A program made the position numbers and the translations under genes. A model generated the notes under the pieces. The model was not told the origin of the DNA and ran no database searches. It was given only the letters and a program-made list of their open reading frames with translations. 64,000 nt of DNA from NCBI RefSeq assembly GCF_009914755.1, contig NC_060926.1, one strand, 5' to 3'. Positions 13,791 to 28,880 of the stretch are shown here, one piece after another. Source of the stretch: the human T2T-CHM13v2.0 reference genome, Homo sapiens. The first letter of the stretch is position 1, and the number at the start of each line of letters is the position of its first letter.

Positions 13791-16700
13791 AGTGAGGAAG
13801 GCTGGCAGGCTTGCCCAAGGCTTGGATTTCTGATCAGAGCTTCGTCAGCCCAGAGCTCTTTGCAGCCAGTCTATCTGTTCACTCGCCCCTCATTCCACAT
13901 AATGCACTCACTTTCAAGACAGTCCTTTGGAAATAAATTTTGCCTTAAACAAGACATCATTGTAAGTCTGAATGGTTCAATGGTAAAGTAAGTTAATAAG
14001 GACAATTTATCTCCAAATATTTAGAGATATTAAACAAAATATCTAGTTTAAACTAATAATAAACTAAATGTACTGTTCTAAGATCAAAGCAGCACTTCGT
14101 AACTGAGTTCCTCATAATTAGATTTCTAAAAAATAAAGATGCTTTAAAAAAATGTTTTCTTTGAAGCAGATGCTGTGTTGACTGATAGTCAAATTTTCAG
14201 TATCTTACACATTGTAATATCACTTTAGATAATTAGTTACATTGCTTTAATTTCCAAGCACCATGCCTTCAAGTTCCATCTGGCTGCCATGCAGATATTA
14301 GCTTTATAGGAAGCTTACTGAATGGCCAATATGGTGAATGCCTTGACAAGGCTACAGATTTATAATATATAGCATATTCCTTGCCATCAGTAGAGTGGCA
14401 ACTGAATATATTGTCCAAACTGGGACACTTTTGAGCATAAAAGAATGCACTATTAATAATTACTCCAGAAAACAGGTATAAACTGGGCACTCCTTACCTA
14501 TAAGGCAAAGTTTTTCCTTCAAAGTTATTTCACAAAGGGAGGGAGACATAGACATAAAAATAGACACAGATATAAATAGAGGTATTATTCAAGACTTCTT
14601 GAAGTTTCTCATATTCTAGGTCATCTCGTTTCTTTTTTTTTTTTTTTTTAAAACACTATTTAGGAAAGATACATTCCCTGAAATGATTCAATCACTGCTA
14701 GTTCTACAGTTTTATAGAGAACATCTTACAAAAATGCGTTTTAGAAAGCAGGCATGGAAATTTGACACAGATTTCGTAATTATTCCTTAGGGTAGTCCTT
14801 CAAACTTTCAAATTTGGGTTTTGAAAACACAAAATAGCAAAAAGGGAAGTAGTTGTATTGTCAACTTATAGAATGAATGGGAACCCCTACTGTTAGGAAA
14901 GTTTATGGTTTGAAAGAAATTTTACAGACATCATCTCACACGATTTCAAAAAGTGCTGTATGTCAAACAATGTGCTCTGGACAAGTTGGTAAAAGATAAA
15001 AAATTGGCGATTATGATGAAAGAGACAACGAACATGGAAAATATATTTTGAGAATGTACAAAATTATTCTGAAACATGAGGGTGGCAAGAAATTCTAAAT
15101 TAAGCATTATTTTAGGTAGTACATGATTTTTAATATCAACAAGTAATTTAATTAACAAATTATTATGAGTAGACAATTGAATATTTCATCCATATCCCTG
15201 AAAGTTTATATATTCAAATTGGCCAAAAACTTTTCCTTTGGCTGTTCTTATGGGAAATCACTTTGTATTTGTGGCCATCTTATATTTGAGCATATGTTAT
15301 AATCACCATATAGATTTCTGTTCTGTGTAAGTTTGTGGCAACAGACTCCTGAAGTTAAGGCTTGGAGAATAAAGGGTGCCCCAACTTTCTGTTTGGGCAG
15401 AAACTTCATCAGGACTCCAGGTGACAGGGTAGGGCATTGAGACTGTGAGCTATGCCTTGCTTGGGCTGATGTCTAAGCCCAGCTACTGTCTTTCAAAATA
15501 CCACCACATTTAAGGTAAGAGATTATGAATATGAGAAGATCCTACAGCTTAGTAGATGACAGCCAGGATAACTAAATGTCCCAGGGGCAGTTCCTTTTCA
15601 TCCCACTTCTCTAAGAAGCCTTCAGTCATAGACCCAAGACCTAACCTAGTTTGCTATTAAGGTGACCTGAGGCACATCTATTAAAAGTGAGCTGCTGGTT
15701 GGATCTAAAAAGAAGGATGTGTCAACCTGTTCTCTTCTGACCTCTTGGGAGCTTAGCATCTAGCTGGGATGGTTATCTGTACTCTTGTACTAATCAGCTT
15801 TGCAACTTTAGGCCAGTCAGTTCCCTCAACTTTCCAAGGGCATTAGATGAGTTGTGTTATTTTTTTTTTCCTAGAGCTTACTATCCTTTTATTTATGAGA
15901 ATAAAAATAAGAAGGCAGCAAAATATTAAAATTAAATAAATGGTACAGAAAATAAATGCCTCAGAATTAAAAGAAAACAAAAGATCAGTGTGGGCTGGAG
16001 TGATTAGGGGAATCATTTGATTTCTTATCAGGCTTTCCTCCTTCATTAGTTGTAGACTTTAGGTTCATAGATTTTGGAGTAGGAAGTAAAGTGAGGGCCA
16101 GGAAGGAGAATTCACTCACGTAAGGTCCTGTGGCTACATAAAAGGCCCTCAAGAACTAAAGCATAATCTGGCCTCCCAAGCCCTAAACCTACGTAAGGCA
16201 TTGCTTGGTATGTTGAGGGACTTGGAGAAAAGGAAATTGTTTCTTCCTGGTGGTTTTCTTCATACATTTGATGATTTCATTCTCTTAATTTGGCTCTTTG
16301 AAGGGACTTCCGAGATTTTGAGGCCCTGGAGGAGGCTTAGGGATGGGTGAGGAGTGCAGAGATCTGGGAAACCTGAGCTGTTGGAACATCTCCAGGACCG
16401 CTGAGGTTCCGAGCCAGCTCTATTCTAACAAGGATCTGCAGAGGCAGCCAGTGTCGGTTTGGAAGGCCATAGTTATCTTTCCAGTTGGTAACACATAAAG
16501 CTGTTTAATCAGATACATGAACTTCTTTGTATAACTCACTCAAACCACAACTCTACCATCAGAAGGCTATGAAATAACATTGAGAAAGTAGATTCAATGT
16601 CTGCCACAATCCAGGTGACTGCATTTCCTACATTTTTGGTTTTCTTCAAAACTGGAATCCCTTGGATGGGTAAAATACTAGCGTTCTTTCTTTAGCAATT

Positions 16701-16794
16701 TCCTCGTGTTTTAAAAGGTGGTTAGAATTTGATCGTGATCATGATCATCACCATTATCACCAAGATACCTCCCTCGAGTATGTTCATCATTCAG

Positions 16795-16985
16795 AGCACA
16801 CATCTTCATACAGCTGAATATTGTGTTCCCCTCTGGGTGGCAACTTTCATGAGAGACTCTGGAAACCAGAAATTTCCCAGGAGAGAGCTGCCGGAATGGT
16901 ACAGGGTCTGTAAACTATGATAGATGAAGATCAAAAGAATTGGGGAATCTCTGCTCTGGAGAAGAGAATCCTGACAAAAATTGAG
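16795..16985 (+). mobile_element. L3/CR1 LINE fragment
   Basis: ctgaatattgtgttcccctctggg...ccaggagagagctgccggaatggtacagggtctg...ctctggagaagagaa follows the CR1 RT C-terminal pattern. Confidence 0.65.
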
Positions 16986-17239
16986 AGCTAGCAGCTGCTT
17001 GTAATGCAGCATTGGGAGCAGATATTGCTGATTTTGGCTTAGTAGAAATAAGAACTTAATAAAACTTATAGCTATTCAATATTGGAGTGGGTCAGGATGA
17101 AGTCATGCACATCCTGTCACCAGAAATGTTCATGGCGAGACTGGGGAAACATCTTTCAGGGATGCCATGTAGGGGACCCCCTCCATGGGCTAAGTTGTGG
17201 TGAAAAGTTCTGGGTTTGAACTGGGGAGTCAAACAGGTA

Positions 17240-17560
17240 TATGACAAAGAGCTTACCTCTGAGGGGCCTGTGGTCTTCCAGAACAAAGGCTGCCTACATG
17301 AAAATATAAGCAACAACCTAAGGAAGTGTATGACATAGGACAGGGGAAATATTAAGAGCTGTGGGTGGTGAGGGCAGTGGCAGAGGAGGGCTTCATTAGG
17401 AGGTGGGACATGGGGGAGGTGCTGAAACATGGCTGGGACTGAGATCACTGGAGAGGAAGACTCAGGGCTGCATTTGGGGCTACGGGGAGCATTGTGAACA
17501 AAAGACTGTGCTGGAACACAGTATGTCTGGGACAGAGGAGGATTTGTGAGGATACAGATC
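17240..17560 (-). mobile_element. L2 fragment
   Basis: Purine-rich antisense L2-like sequence (ggagggcttcattaggaggtgggacatg). Confidence 0.4.
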
Positions 17561-18346
17561 ATAAAATTAGAGAGCACTACAAAGGCTGGATTCTGGAAAT
17601 CCATGAGTTCCAGGTTATTGAAGTAAATCCTCTAATGGTTTTTGAGTTGCTAAATAGCAATGCTTTTCATATCTGACAGGCAGCACAGGTTTCTTTGTGC
17701 AGGGACACAGAGAGGCCAAATGTTAAGGTAGGAAGCAAGTAATATCATGGCATTTTCCTGACCTCTTTCATCTCTGCAGGCTCTGGCCCTAACAGGCTTT
17801 TAGGGGGAAATTGTACATTCCTTCTGGTATTTACCAGTATTGGCCTACCCATCCTTAAACCCTCAAATCCCGCTGTATAATTACCCCTAGGAGGCCAGGG
17901 GTCATTTAGAACACCAAATGTAGGCAACACCCAGCTATTAGAACTCAAACTTCAGAGCTCTACCTAAATTCTGGCCTGAAGCATACTGAAGATGGGAGGG
18001 GGGCCCCAAAGGTGGAGGACCTTTGAGCATGGTGTTTCTTTCTTGAAATAAAGGTGTTTAGTTTCTGAGGTTGGCCTGGGCAGGCTGTGTTCCTGTATAG
18101 GGAAGGGTATAGCTCCACTCCCAGGGAGGTCTCTCTGCCACACTAGAGCCCTGGCGGCAAAAAGGCTTACAGATGCTCTCACACTCACCTACTCTCCTGC
18201 TTTCTGCATTTAGCTGGGCTCTTAGGGAGGAAAACTGAGATGAGACTCAGGGGTGCTCTTATGACTGCAGATGGGATGGGTGGTTCCAGGAGGGAATGCT
18301 GAAGAATAGCTTCTCCAGAAGGGATCTTCCAGGGAGCTTGAGGGGA

Positions 18347-18367
18347 GCCAGCCAGCCAGCCAGCCAG
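18347..18367. repeat. (GCCA)n short repeat
   Basis: gccagccagccagccagccag. Confidence 0.85.
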
Positions 18368-19962
18368 TGAGTACTCCTCCTCTTTCCTGGGAAGAAGGAG
18401 AAGAGGCTGGGGAATGGGCGGTCCAGCAGTTGGTCTCCATGTAGGGCAATTCCTTGGCAAGATAGCAGCAATAACTAACTAGTTCTATGCAAGATCTACC
18501 TGCAGGCAGCTGTCCAACACGTTATAATTAAAGGGGTTCCACAAGCCCACTTTTCCAAGTAGTTTCTGTTATTAGCCTATCCTCAGGTTTAAAATGCTAC
18601 CATTAGGAGAGATTCACTGGACTTTAGCACAAATCTCACCCCAAGGTTCTCTTAAAACATGCAGTTTCACAAGGATGCAATGAAATTAGTTTATTTGCTT
18701 ATTCCAACCTGTTGAGAAGAGTGCATTGCCCTGAAAACATTAGGAGTTGGAGAAGGCAGCCAAAGACAACCAGATGTTTTGAGAGTGGACAGTACCAAGG
18801 GTCACCTTTACTTCCTTCAGGATTTGCTCTGGGGCAACACAGACCCGGTCAAGCAGCATCTCCTGGCTCTGGCAACCCAGAGAACAGTGTAAGGCTCCAC
18901 ACTTGGAAGTGGATACTTTTCAAGCTAGCTGTATGTTCAGTCTCTCCAGGAGGAAAAGCCATAAGAATCTAGGAGTTTGACCATGATCATGAATTCCAAC
19001 CTTCCACCTCTGAACTGCTCTTCATGGTGTTCCTTCCTGCATGCATTTTTACCATCAGGGTGCTTGTTCTTGAAGCTGCCTGGGGACTCTCAAGTCTGCT
19101 CTCTGTGGGGAGGAGGTACGTTTTCACTGAGCAGACACAGCACTCCGCAGGGCAGGGAAAGCTCTCTGTTCCTCTTCCAGTGCAGAAGCCAAGGTCCTGG
19201 CTCCTTCGACCTCACACATAGGGCAAAGGCTTCTGCTCAGATGCTTTTCAGAGAGAAGGAAACCGTCCAGCAGGTGTCAGTAAGTTCTAAGATGTGTAAG
19301 GAGCCTGGCTTGATAATGGAGTGTGCTCTTTTCCAAACCAGCTCAGCCTTCAAGGATCTCAGAGGAGATGTGACAGACAGAGGGCCTTGAGTGACAGAGC
19401 TTCCAAGAGGGGAGCTTGGGAAGGGAAAATTGAAGTCCATTTCCTTCCAGAGATTTGTCGTGTGTGTGTGCCTGAGGATTCTAGGAAGTCTGTCCTATAA
19501 ATCTGGACTAATTACGCATAGTGAATGAAAAGGAAGAGATTGTTTGGCACCAGTCAGCAGTTCATTATGTCTATGCCTCTGCTGCAGAGCATGAACCATT
19601 TCTGGCTTTATCTCAGGGGCAGCTTGTTCGAACTAGCCTTAAGATTCTCCTTCAAATTGAATGAGGCCTTAAACTGAGGTCACTGTGGAAAGGTCACTGT
19701 CAGTCCAGCCTGGAGAACTCTTTTCTGAATTAAGTTGGCCCTCCTCCAAATAAAGTGCACATCAGAAGCCCCAGAGCCACTGTAGCTTGCATTAGAGCCC
19801 CATTTCTGGCCTGGCATCAAATGGGGTTCTTGAAGATGTGAAGCAGAGGTGTGGAAAAGAGCTCTTTACCTTGCTACATCCTCTTCTTTTTATCAGAATT
19901 TATTAAAAGATTGCATTTTCAGGTACAGTGCTAGAAACTACAGAGGATACGTAGAGATATAA

Positions 19963-20290
<328 letters not shown>

Positions 20291-21929
20291 AAGGATCAGA
20301 ATATTGAAGTGGGCTCTGATAGTCTGTCATTGATCAGCATATTATCCCATTCCTATTGTGCTGGATACAATCAAAGGAACTCCTCCTCCATTTTACAGAA
20401 TCTTGATGGGTTATTAATTGGGCACCATACCCTACTACTGCGGCATGGGCTTGTAACCTGAGCTGGCCAATCAGAGTCTACCTGGGAATTGCTTTATGGG
20501 TGTTATCAGTTTCTTACAGCCAGAGATGTGAAACTAATTCATACATTGATGACATTAGATCTGCCAAACTGTTTAGCACTGTATAAAAACCAGCACATAA
20601 TTCTGCAGGGACGGGATTGACTGGTCCAGAGATGTTCTTATTTTACATTGTAAGCAGTTGTTCAAATACACAAGGGTTGAAACCAGTTTTCCTCTGTTAA
20701 ACAGCTGTCATCCTTACAAGCTACTGGAATAGGGGATTTCTAGGAAGTTGATTTTCACGTTAAACATACATTAGTGTTTTCCAAGGGACAAGGATTGTGT
20801 CAAATAGTTGGCCAAAATTTACCAAGCTCCTGGAGATGTTGTCACTCCTCTGACATGTAAGTCTCTTGGGCAGTAGAAGGGTCGTGAATGTAGATCCTAA
20901 AAGAACTCAAGCTCACAAGCTTGGAAAGTAGCAGTGATGATTTAAAAAACAAAATACTCAACTTTACTTCTTTAATCTGTAAAATTAGATACATTATCAT
21001 TAGAGAAGGGCTAGAAAAAAATGCTTGCTGAGTTTCTTAAGCCATTCTCCAAGATTCATAGTGTCACACATTCTGTTATTAAAGTTATATTTTATGTTTC
21101 ACAAGTTTCTTTTTTTTAAGGTATAATTTCAAAGTCTTTTCACTTGAACCTGAAAAGCAGGGTGGGCAAATACTCAGCTCCTTCACTACGACTGTACCCC
21201 CGAGCGCTTGGTGGAGACATTGATGCCTCCCAGCACAGTTCCTGTGGAGTCCAGGTGTGGTCTTGTAATTGACCTCAATACAGAGCTCTCAGCATCAGCA
21301 TTCATCACCAGGCCATTAGTGTGGGCCTATTGTGTGCCATGAAAGATGAAAGCTATTTTCCAGTATAAACTATAGCCAGTGGTGCCATTTTATGTACAGA
21401 CTCTGAGCAGAAATTTTGCTAGCTCTTATCTGTTCGTTCATAAGCTGGTGTAAGTAAGGCTCTGAGAAACACACAACTTCAAAATCAATCAATGATAGAT
21501 TGTGACACTGATGCTATGAATATAAATGTTTATGGAAAGGCAGGTGAAGATAAGACCAGTTACTTTTAAGTTCTCAACATGTCAGTTATCTGTCCCTGTG
21601 GGCAGAAGATAAATATTCATTAAATAAATCAAAGAATGGTGAACAGTTGAAAGGGGGCACAGTCAAAATTTCACATTTCCAAATGTGTTTTGCTTCACAC
21701 TGAAGGGTACCAGACACACAGACACGGAGACCCCAAGGTCTTCTGTATGTTCCTTAAAAGAAAGTGACACATCTCCAACAAAACACTGGCTCAGTAGAAA
21801 GTCTGTATGGGGCTGGGAAAGTTTCCTATCTTCAAGTTCATTTATTTTTTGGAATCTCAGATTCATTCCTATCTCAGAGGGCTAACCAGGCTCTGACTTG
21901 ACATAAAGGATAGAAATGTAACAATCCTT

Positions 21930-22714
<785 letters not shown>

Positions 22715-24069
22715 GGGAATGAGGAAATATCTGATCCCATCAAATAGTGAATGTTGCCAAAGCATGTAAAGCAACATCTTAGATGGTTTTGATTTATGGT
22801 GGCAGGTTCATGGGCCCTTAGAAAGAAACTAAGGCAGAATGTATCCTCAATGGGTAGAAGCATTTCTGCTGCATTGTTTTCCCATTTCTGCTCTGATTAG
22901 AATGTCAACAGTCGCCTAAAAGACAAAGGCTCTATATTCCATCATCAGTCTCCAGAACCATCTTATTTTCAGTTTCCCAAGTTTAAGAATCTCAGCACAC
23001 ATAATTTAGTATTTGTATCAATAACACTGCTTTTTGTATTTTATTCAGGTGGCTTCTCTTTCCTGGGCTTTCAGTCTACCAGATGTTTTAAATGGCTTTC
23101 ATACATGGAGAAACAGAAAAGAAAATATTCCACAGAGGTTAAAGTGATGTGAGGCTGATTTGTTAAAAGTGTTGTGTCTTTAGAATAAATGGATACTAAA
23201 ATAGTTGATTTCAAAGAACCAGATTGATAACCCCATTTTGATTGCATCAATAATGAGGACAAGCAAATCAAAGATACTTTGTAGCACATGTTTGCTAGTG
23301 TTCTTGTAATTTTTCACTGGGCAGATGCTGGAATGATATATATTTTGTATTATGCAGCAACAGTAGACAGACAGCTAATATTTTTTTCCAGTTCAGTTAT
23401 TCATATCTTAGCACTGCTATAGAAAGAAGTAATTTCATTCTTTTTATTGCAGAGAAAGAAAAGAGTTTGTGCTACTCTTCACCCTTGAGCTGGAACAGCC
23501 TGTGGCTAATGCCCATTTGTAAAACCACATTGGGAGAGAATTTTTTTTACTCTCTCTGCTTCCTGACCTCCCAAAAGACATCATTGTCAAATGTGGGCAT
23601 TAGAACTCTATTGAGGGTTTCTATAAAGATGGCAGGGAAGAAGAAAGGGTTGTATGTGCCTGGCACTAATTTTAATTTTATCCCCAGAGACCAGGTCACC
23701 AAAGCTAGTGTTATGCAGAGAGTAGACAATAGGTTCCATCGGGGCATCCATAATTTTCCCCATGAGGGAAATGCTTTCCCCTTGAGAGCTGCAGGGATCT
23801 ACACACCGCACTGAGGAGATCTAATCCACTTTGGCTGGTTGCACTGAGATACTCCCTGTTCCCAATTAAATCAATTATCTGGGTAATCTTCATAATTAAT
23901 GGCAGGCAGAAGGCTTGTGTTGTCAGGACCGGCTATAGCAAAAATATTTGGGTGCGTGACGTAAGCCATAGTTGCTCTGTGGGTTTCTGAGGCTGGGGAA
24001 GTGAAGGGGGCCTGGGTGTACCCTAGGTCAGCTTTCTTAATTAGTAATGGGCTCTAACTAAGCAGCAGA

Positions 24070-24360
24070 CCCACAGGTGGTAGAAAGGGCTTTCAACTAA
24101 AAGTCAGGAGATTGTGTTCCTGTGCAACCACTGGCACTAGCAAGCTGTGTCACATTGAGCAAGATTCTTCACCTCAGAATGACTTTTCTGTACATCTGTA
24201 AAATGAAGCAGTGAAATCAGTTGTATTTACAAAGCAAATGCTAAGTATCAGGCACTGTAGTAAGCATTATTTCATTTAATCCTTATAACCAACCTTTTAT
24301 GAAAATCAAGGTACAGAAAAGTTAAGCAACTTGCTCAAGGTTACATAGTTAGTAATTGTC
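24070..24360. mobile_element. Two MIR fragments in opposite orientation
   Basis: catctgtaaaatgaag core (+) followed by tcatttaatcctt...aacttgctcaaggttacatag (-). Confidence 0.6.
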
Positions 24361-24469
24361 AAAGGCCAGAGGGTCTTTAAGCTCCCTGTTGAATATAATT
24401 TTAATGGCCATTGCCGAGAGTCAAGCATAAGACTCAGTGTCCCAACTAAGGCTTAGGTTAGTTTTGATT

Positions 24470-24630
24470 CTTTCTACTCAAAGTTCATGGACTAATAGCA
24501 TGGGAATCACCTGCCATCTTTCTGGAAATGTAGAGTCTTAGACCCCACTCCAAATCTGTTAATCAGAATCTGCATTTTAACCCAGATACTAACTTGGTTC
24601 ACACACCTATTAAAGCTTGAGAGGCACTAA
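24470..24630. mobile_element. MER5A
   Basis: ctactcaaagttcatggactaatagcatgggaatcacctg...aatcagaatctgcattttaac...aaagcttgagaggcact. Confidence 0.7.
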
Positions 24631-25664
24631 TCTAAGGCCGACCAAAGTCTAGTCAAATTGGAACCAAGGTAAGGAATTTCTGTTTTCTCTCATTTCCAGT
24701 AAGCTCTGAAGGCCCTAGACTGAGGCCCCAGGGGAGGGGTGCTGTGCCTTCCATCTGGAACTTAGTGTTAAGCCATTTGCTTGTGTGCAGGGCTGTGTGT
24801 TTCATCTTTTAGTTTTTTGCCCAAGTTGTCGGCTCCTGCTTTGCTGCTCTGTGTCCAAAAGGAAGCCTCCAGTAACCAGAAGTGAAAAGGAAGTTAAAAA
24901 TGATCTTTGTGGGCTGACTGCAGTGGGCAGGCCATTATGAATGGATTAATGTATGTGCAGGATGAACTTCTCCAACGTCCTTTTGCAGGGAGGAGAAATT
25001 GCTGTTCTAACTCTCCCACTGGCTTCCCTCCTTTATTTAACAATGACTCCACACAAAAGCTTTCTATGGAAAGATAATTGGATTTCTAACTCTATTTGTT
25101 GAAAATTCACTTAATATTATAATGGCCTCAGTTATATTGTTTGTATCAACTGATGAGTACTAAAGTGACAATTTCTGGATAGATATCTAGATTTTTGTTC
25201 ATACATCTAGCATTACCAAAGCTGAAAGGGAAAAAGAAGCCAGAAATAAAAATCCATTAATAAAAACAGATACCACATATGCCTTGCTATGCTAGGCTTA
25301 AATGTGCTGGATAAATTTAGGTTTTCAACATCTGAGTGCTATTTTTATCTTACCTATGCATGTATTTGCTCAGTGTTTAATTGCTGTGGTACTTTTGGCA
25401 AATGGGTCACTGAAGAAGAATATAGCCTGCTGTACTCATGACTGAAGTGCTCATTTAACTCAATCTAAAATGAATTAAACATACACTTTAATCTAATAGT
25501 GATTACCCCTCCCTTCCTCTCAATGGAGGTTGCAACAGAACCCTGCTTTCTGAATAGACTAGAGGTTCCCTTTGACATCTTTAGCTCTCAAAACATTGGT
25601 TACATCATGCTTGGCTATTTTTATTTGTAAATAAATTTGGTGGCTATAGTAGGATAAGATTTGA

Positions 25665-25940
25665 TTTAGGGACAGAAGATCTGGGTTGGAATGTAACTAA
25701 TATTACTAGCCATGCGCCCAAGGGTTAGTCATTGAACCTGCTAGAGACAGAATTTTCTCCTTTACAAAATAAGAATAATTGCATTGCCTATGTAATTGAA
25801 GCTAATATTTACTAACTTTGTAATACTGTTCAAATCACCTCCCAAGGCCTCAATTTTCTTACTTGTAAAAATGGTGCTAATAGCTGCTTAGCCTAACAGG
25901 GTGGCTGTGAGCAGTAAATGAAATAATATATGTGAAATAA
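25665..25940 (+). mobile_element. MIR fragments
   Basis: gacagaagatctgggtt...; gcctcaattttcttacttgtaaaaatgg...aaatgaaataatatatgtgaaa. Confidence 0.55.
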
Positions 25941-28649
25941 TAAAGAACCACAGATGGTCCTCAATATCCAAGGATAGCTGATACTTTAAAAATTCAAAGA
26001 GAAATCACTTGAAACAAGAAGCATTTTTTTTACAATAAATGGTATTTTTAAAGTACTGATTGAATTTTATTTTTAAAAATGAAAGGTATAAAATCATTTA
26101 GTATTTATTTTATATTTACCAGAATGTTACAGTTAAAATCAATTGCTAATTTTAGAATCAGGAAATGAATTAAATGTTGATTTTTTGGCTTAACTTTGCT
26201 GGCAAAATTTTAAGATCTCCTTTACTTTACATTGACTTTTGCTACAGTCATGAGAGGGTCATTTCTGCAAAAATATTAAAGGACTTCACTCATTTCCCCG
26301 AGAGTCTCTTTTAATTCTCTGATATTCAGATCACTCTCTTTTGAAGCTCAAATTATGTCCTCATCCAAGTTGGATGAAAGCCTACATCTTTTGTAGGATA
26401 TGCAATTTCACTTTGTTGCAATCAATTTGCATTTGATTTGCATTGTATTAATGACCTCATGGGAGTGACCAACAAAGATCTTGATGCCAGTGTGAGGGTA
26501 GACAACAGCATAAGTGGAAACTTATGATTAAATGAGAACTAATTACATAAGTGGTCAATTAATTAGTGAATCTTTTTCTGTCCTGAGAATTTTTGCTTTC
26601 CCATCCGATGTTGGAATTGCATAGATGTAGTTGATGAGTAAATGAGTTCCCTCTCCCACCTCCCCCACACTGAATATGATTCAATTGCCAAGAATTTGAT
26701 TGGGGACCAAATTCTTAAAATCAGATCATATTTCAAATGCCCTTGGTTGGGAGACACCATTTTAAGGCATCCTTTCATGTTTCCCAAGGAAATCAAAAAG
26801 CCTATCTAATCCCTGACTTAATCTTACCTTTATAAATCTGGATTTCCAGGAATCACACTTCCTTGGATATACATACATTTCTTCAGTGAATTAGGGGTCA
26901 AGTAATGCTGCCTCACTTCATTCTTTGCAGACCAGGGGCCAGGTCCAGGACCATTTTGAAGCAGGCACAGGTGCGCCAGGCATAGAAAAAAGTTCCCCAC
27001 TTGCAGGAAGAGACTTAAATCCTGAGTGTGGAGCATCTCACCCCTTCCCTGCTACTCTGACTGATTTAGGCCTGTACAGTTTTTTCTTTTCAATCCTCTG
27101 CAGGCCAGGAGTGTTGACAATTAAAGATAAAAGCAGGCCAGGGAAGAACAACCCCCCTCGCTTTTTTTCCTGAGCATCTCCCATAAGCCATAACATCCCC
27201 TGACATGTCTAGAAGGGGAAGTTGTCTGATGTGTGTCATGATCACAGATGCCGCCCTTCCCCCATCTTAAAACAAGCTCCACCTTCCCATCCTGTTGGAT
27301 TAGCACTGATTAAGGGTTGAGAACAAACAGGATTTCATGGTGTTTCTGTGAGGTTTCTTAAACAGACAGCTGTGGGCAGAAATTTAGACAAACAGCAGGG
27401 CTTTTAAGGGGATCCTTAAATGATCTTGTCATGTCATCACTGATGGAATTACTTCTAGTTTCTGCAGCCAAACCCTGGTATAACAAGAAACTTGCACTCT
27501 AAGATATTGGGGAGACTTTTTTGGGGTGACCTTATAGGAAGAGAGAGGAAGGCCTTTTTGAATGTACTTTGTTCTCTTCTTCCTCCCAAGGAGGACACTG
27601 GGTGGCAGAGGGGAAGCAGAGAGACTGGAGAGGCCGGCGAGGATGCTGGAGAGGAAGGGAGGCGCCACACTGTTGGTGGGGAGGAGGCCTTTGGAGGAAA
27701 CGAATGATTTCCACCCCAAATCCTCTCACAACAAAGAGGCCCCTGCCGAGCCTTTTCCTGCCAGGCCTGGGCCTGTGAAGCTCCCCAGCACCCTCCGCAA
27801 AGAGCAAAGCCAAATGTTGACAGTCTCAAACCCTCATTTCACCACATCTTAAGGTAGCCCTAAATGCTTGTAGCTTTTCATTTAGGAGCAGGAAGAGAGA
27901 TCCCCTTGGGAAACCACCCTTTGAAGGCATAAGCTCTAATGTTTAAAATCTGTTCACAAACTAGACATTTCTCTGCTCTCACTGGGGCAGCTGGTTTCCC
28001 TCTAAATAAATCACAGGGCTGGGGAGCATTTCAATGAGAAATCTTAGGGGTCTCCTTTCAACACTGTACAAAAAGCCCAGCCTCAGGGGAGCTGGCCTGG
28101 GAACACCTTCTGCAGGCTATAATCCTGCTCATGAACTCCTTTGGGATTGGTTTGTCTGGAAGGTAGATTTAGGAACATTGTGCAATCCCGACATTGCAAA
28201 AGGGCATCAGGGGTTGACCAGAGTCCCATGACATCAGAAGTCAAGCCTGGCAGATGGGCAGAGAGAGAGAAGTAGAGTCTCTGGGAAAGCATCCAGATGC
28301 CTCCTACCTTTGGCGGTCAGCACCTTAGCCATCCAGGGGCTCACAGAGTATGCATGGGAGGAAAGAGAGGAAGTGCAGCACTCAAACTTAACAGAATCTG
28401 AATAAGCCTCAAATGTAAAGACCATGTTGCTCTATATGGGAGATAATGGTGATTCAATGGGAGAGGCCAGTCAGGGGAGATAATCATTCAAGGGTCTTGT
28501 ATGTGCTTGCTTAGGAGGATGCAGACAACACAGAATTCATGATCTTGCCCATATTGCTGCCAGCATAGTTACGACCATCTGGTTGGGGAGATAAGATCAA
28601 GACACTTGAAATTGGAAGCAGTGATTCTCTGGGGGCGGTTTGCCAGCAT

Positions 28650-28880
28650 TAACGACAAGTTTAGTCTCTGGAATCTGATATCATGGTGTGAATTTTAGTT
28701 CCATCCACTTATCATCACCTGTATGACTTTAGGAAAGTTACTTAGTCACCAGGAGGCTCCATTTCCTCATTTCCAGTATGTACATCATTGTGCCCACCTC
28801 ACAGGGGTGGAGTGCAGATCAAATGAGCTATCCTGGGAAGGCACTTGGCCCATAAAAGGTGCTCAACAAAAATTAGCTTT
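28650..28880 (+). mobile_element. MIR
   Basis: ctgtatgactttaggaaagttacttagtc...tttcctcattt...aaggtgctcaacaaaaattagc. Confidence 0.65.

Noticed and set aside
17092-17604. 170-aa minus-strand ORF
   Set aside because: Overlaps decayed L2-like sequence and has no recognisable homology.
21184-21330. Minus-strand open stretch (AHTNGLVMNADAESS...GVQS*) after a possible acceptor
   Set aside because: Weak splice context, short, and not recognised as any protein.
25950-26580. Possible Tigger-like DNA transposon remnant
   Set aside because: The termini do not form a convincing TIR pair, so the family cannot be supported without a search.
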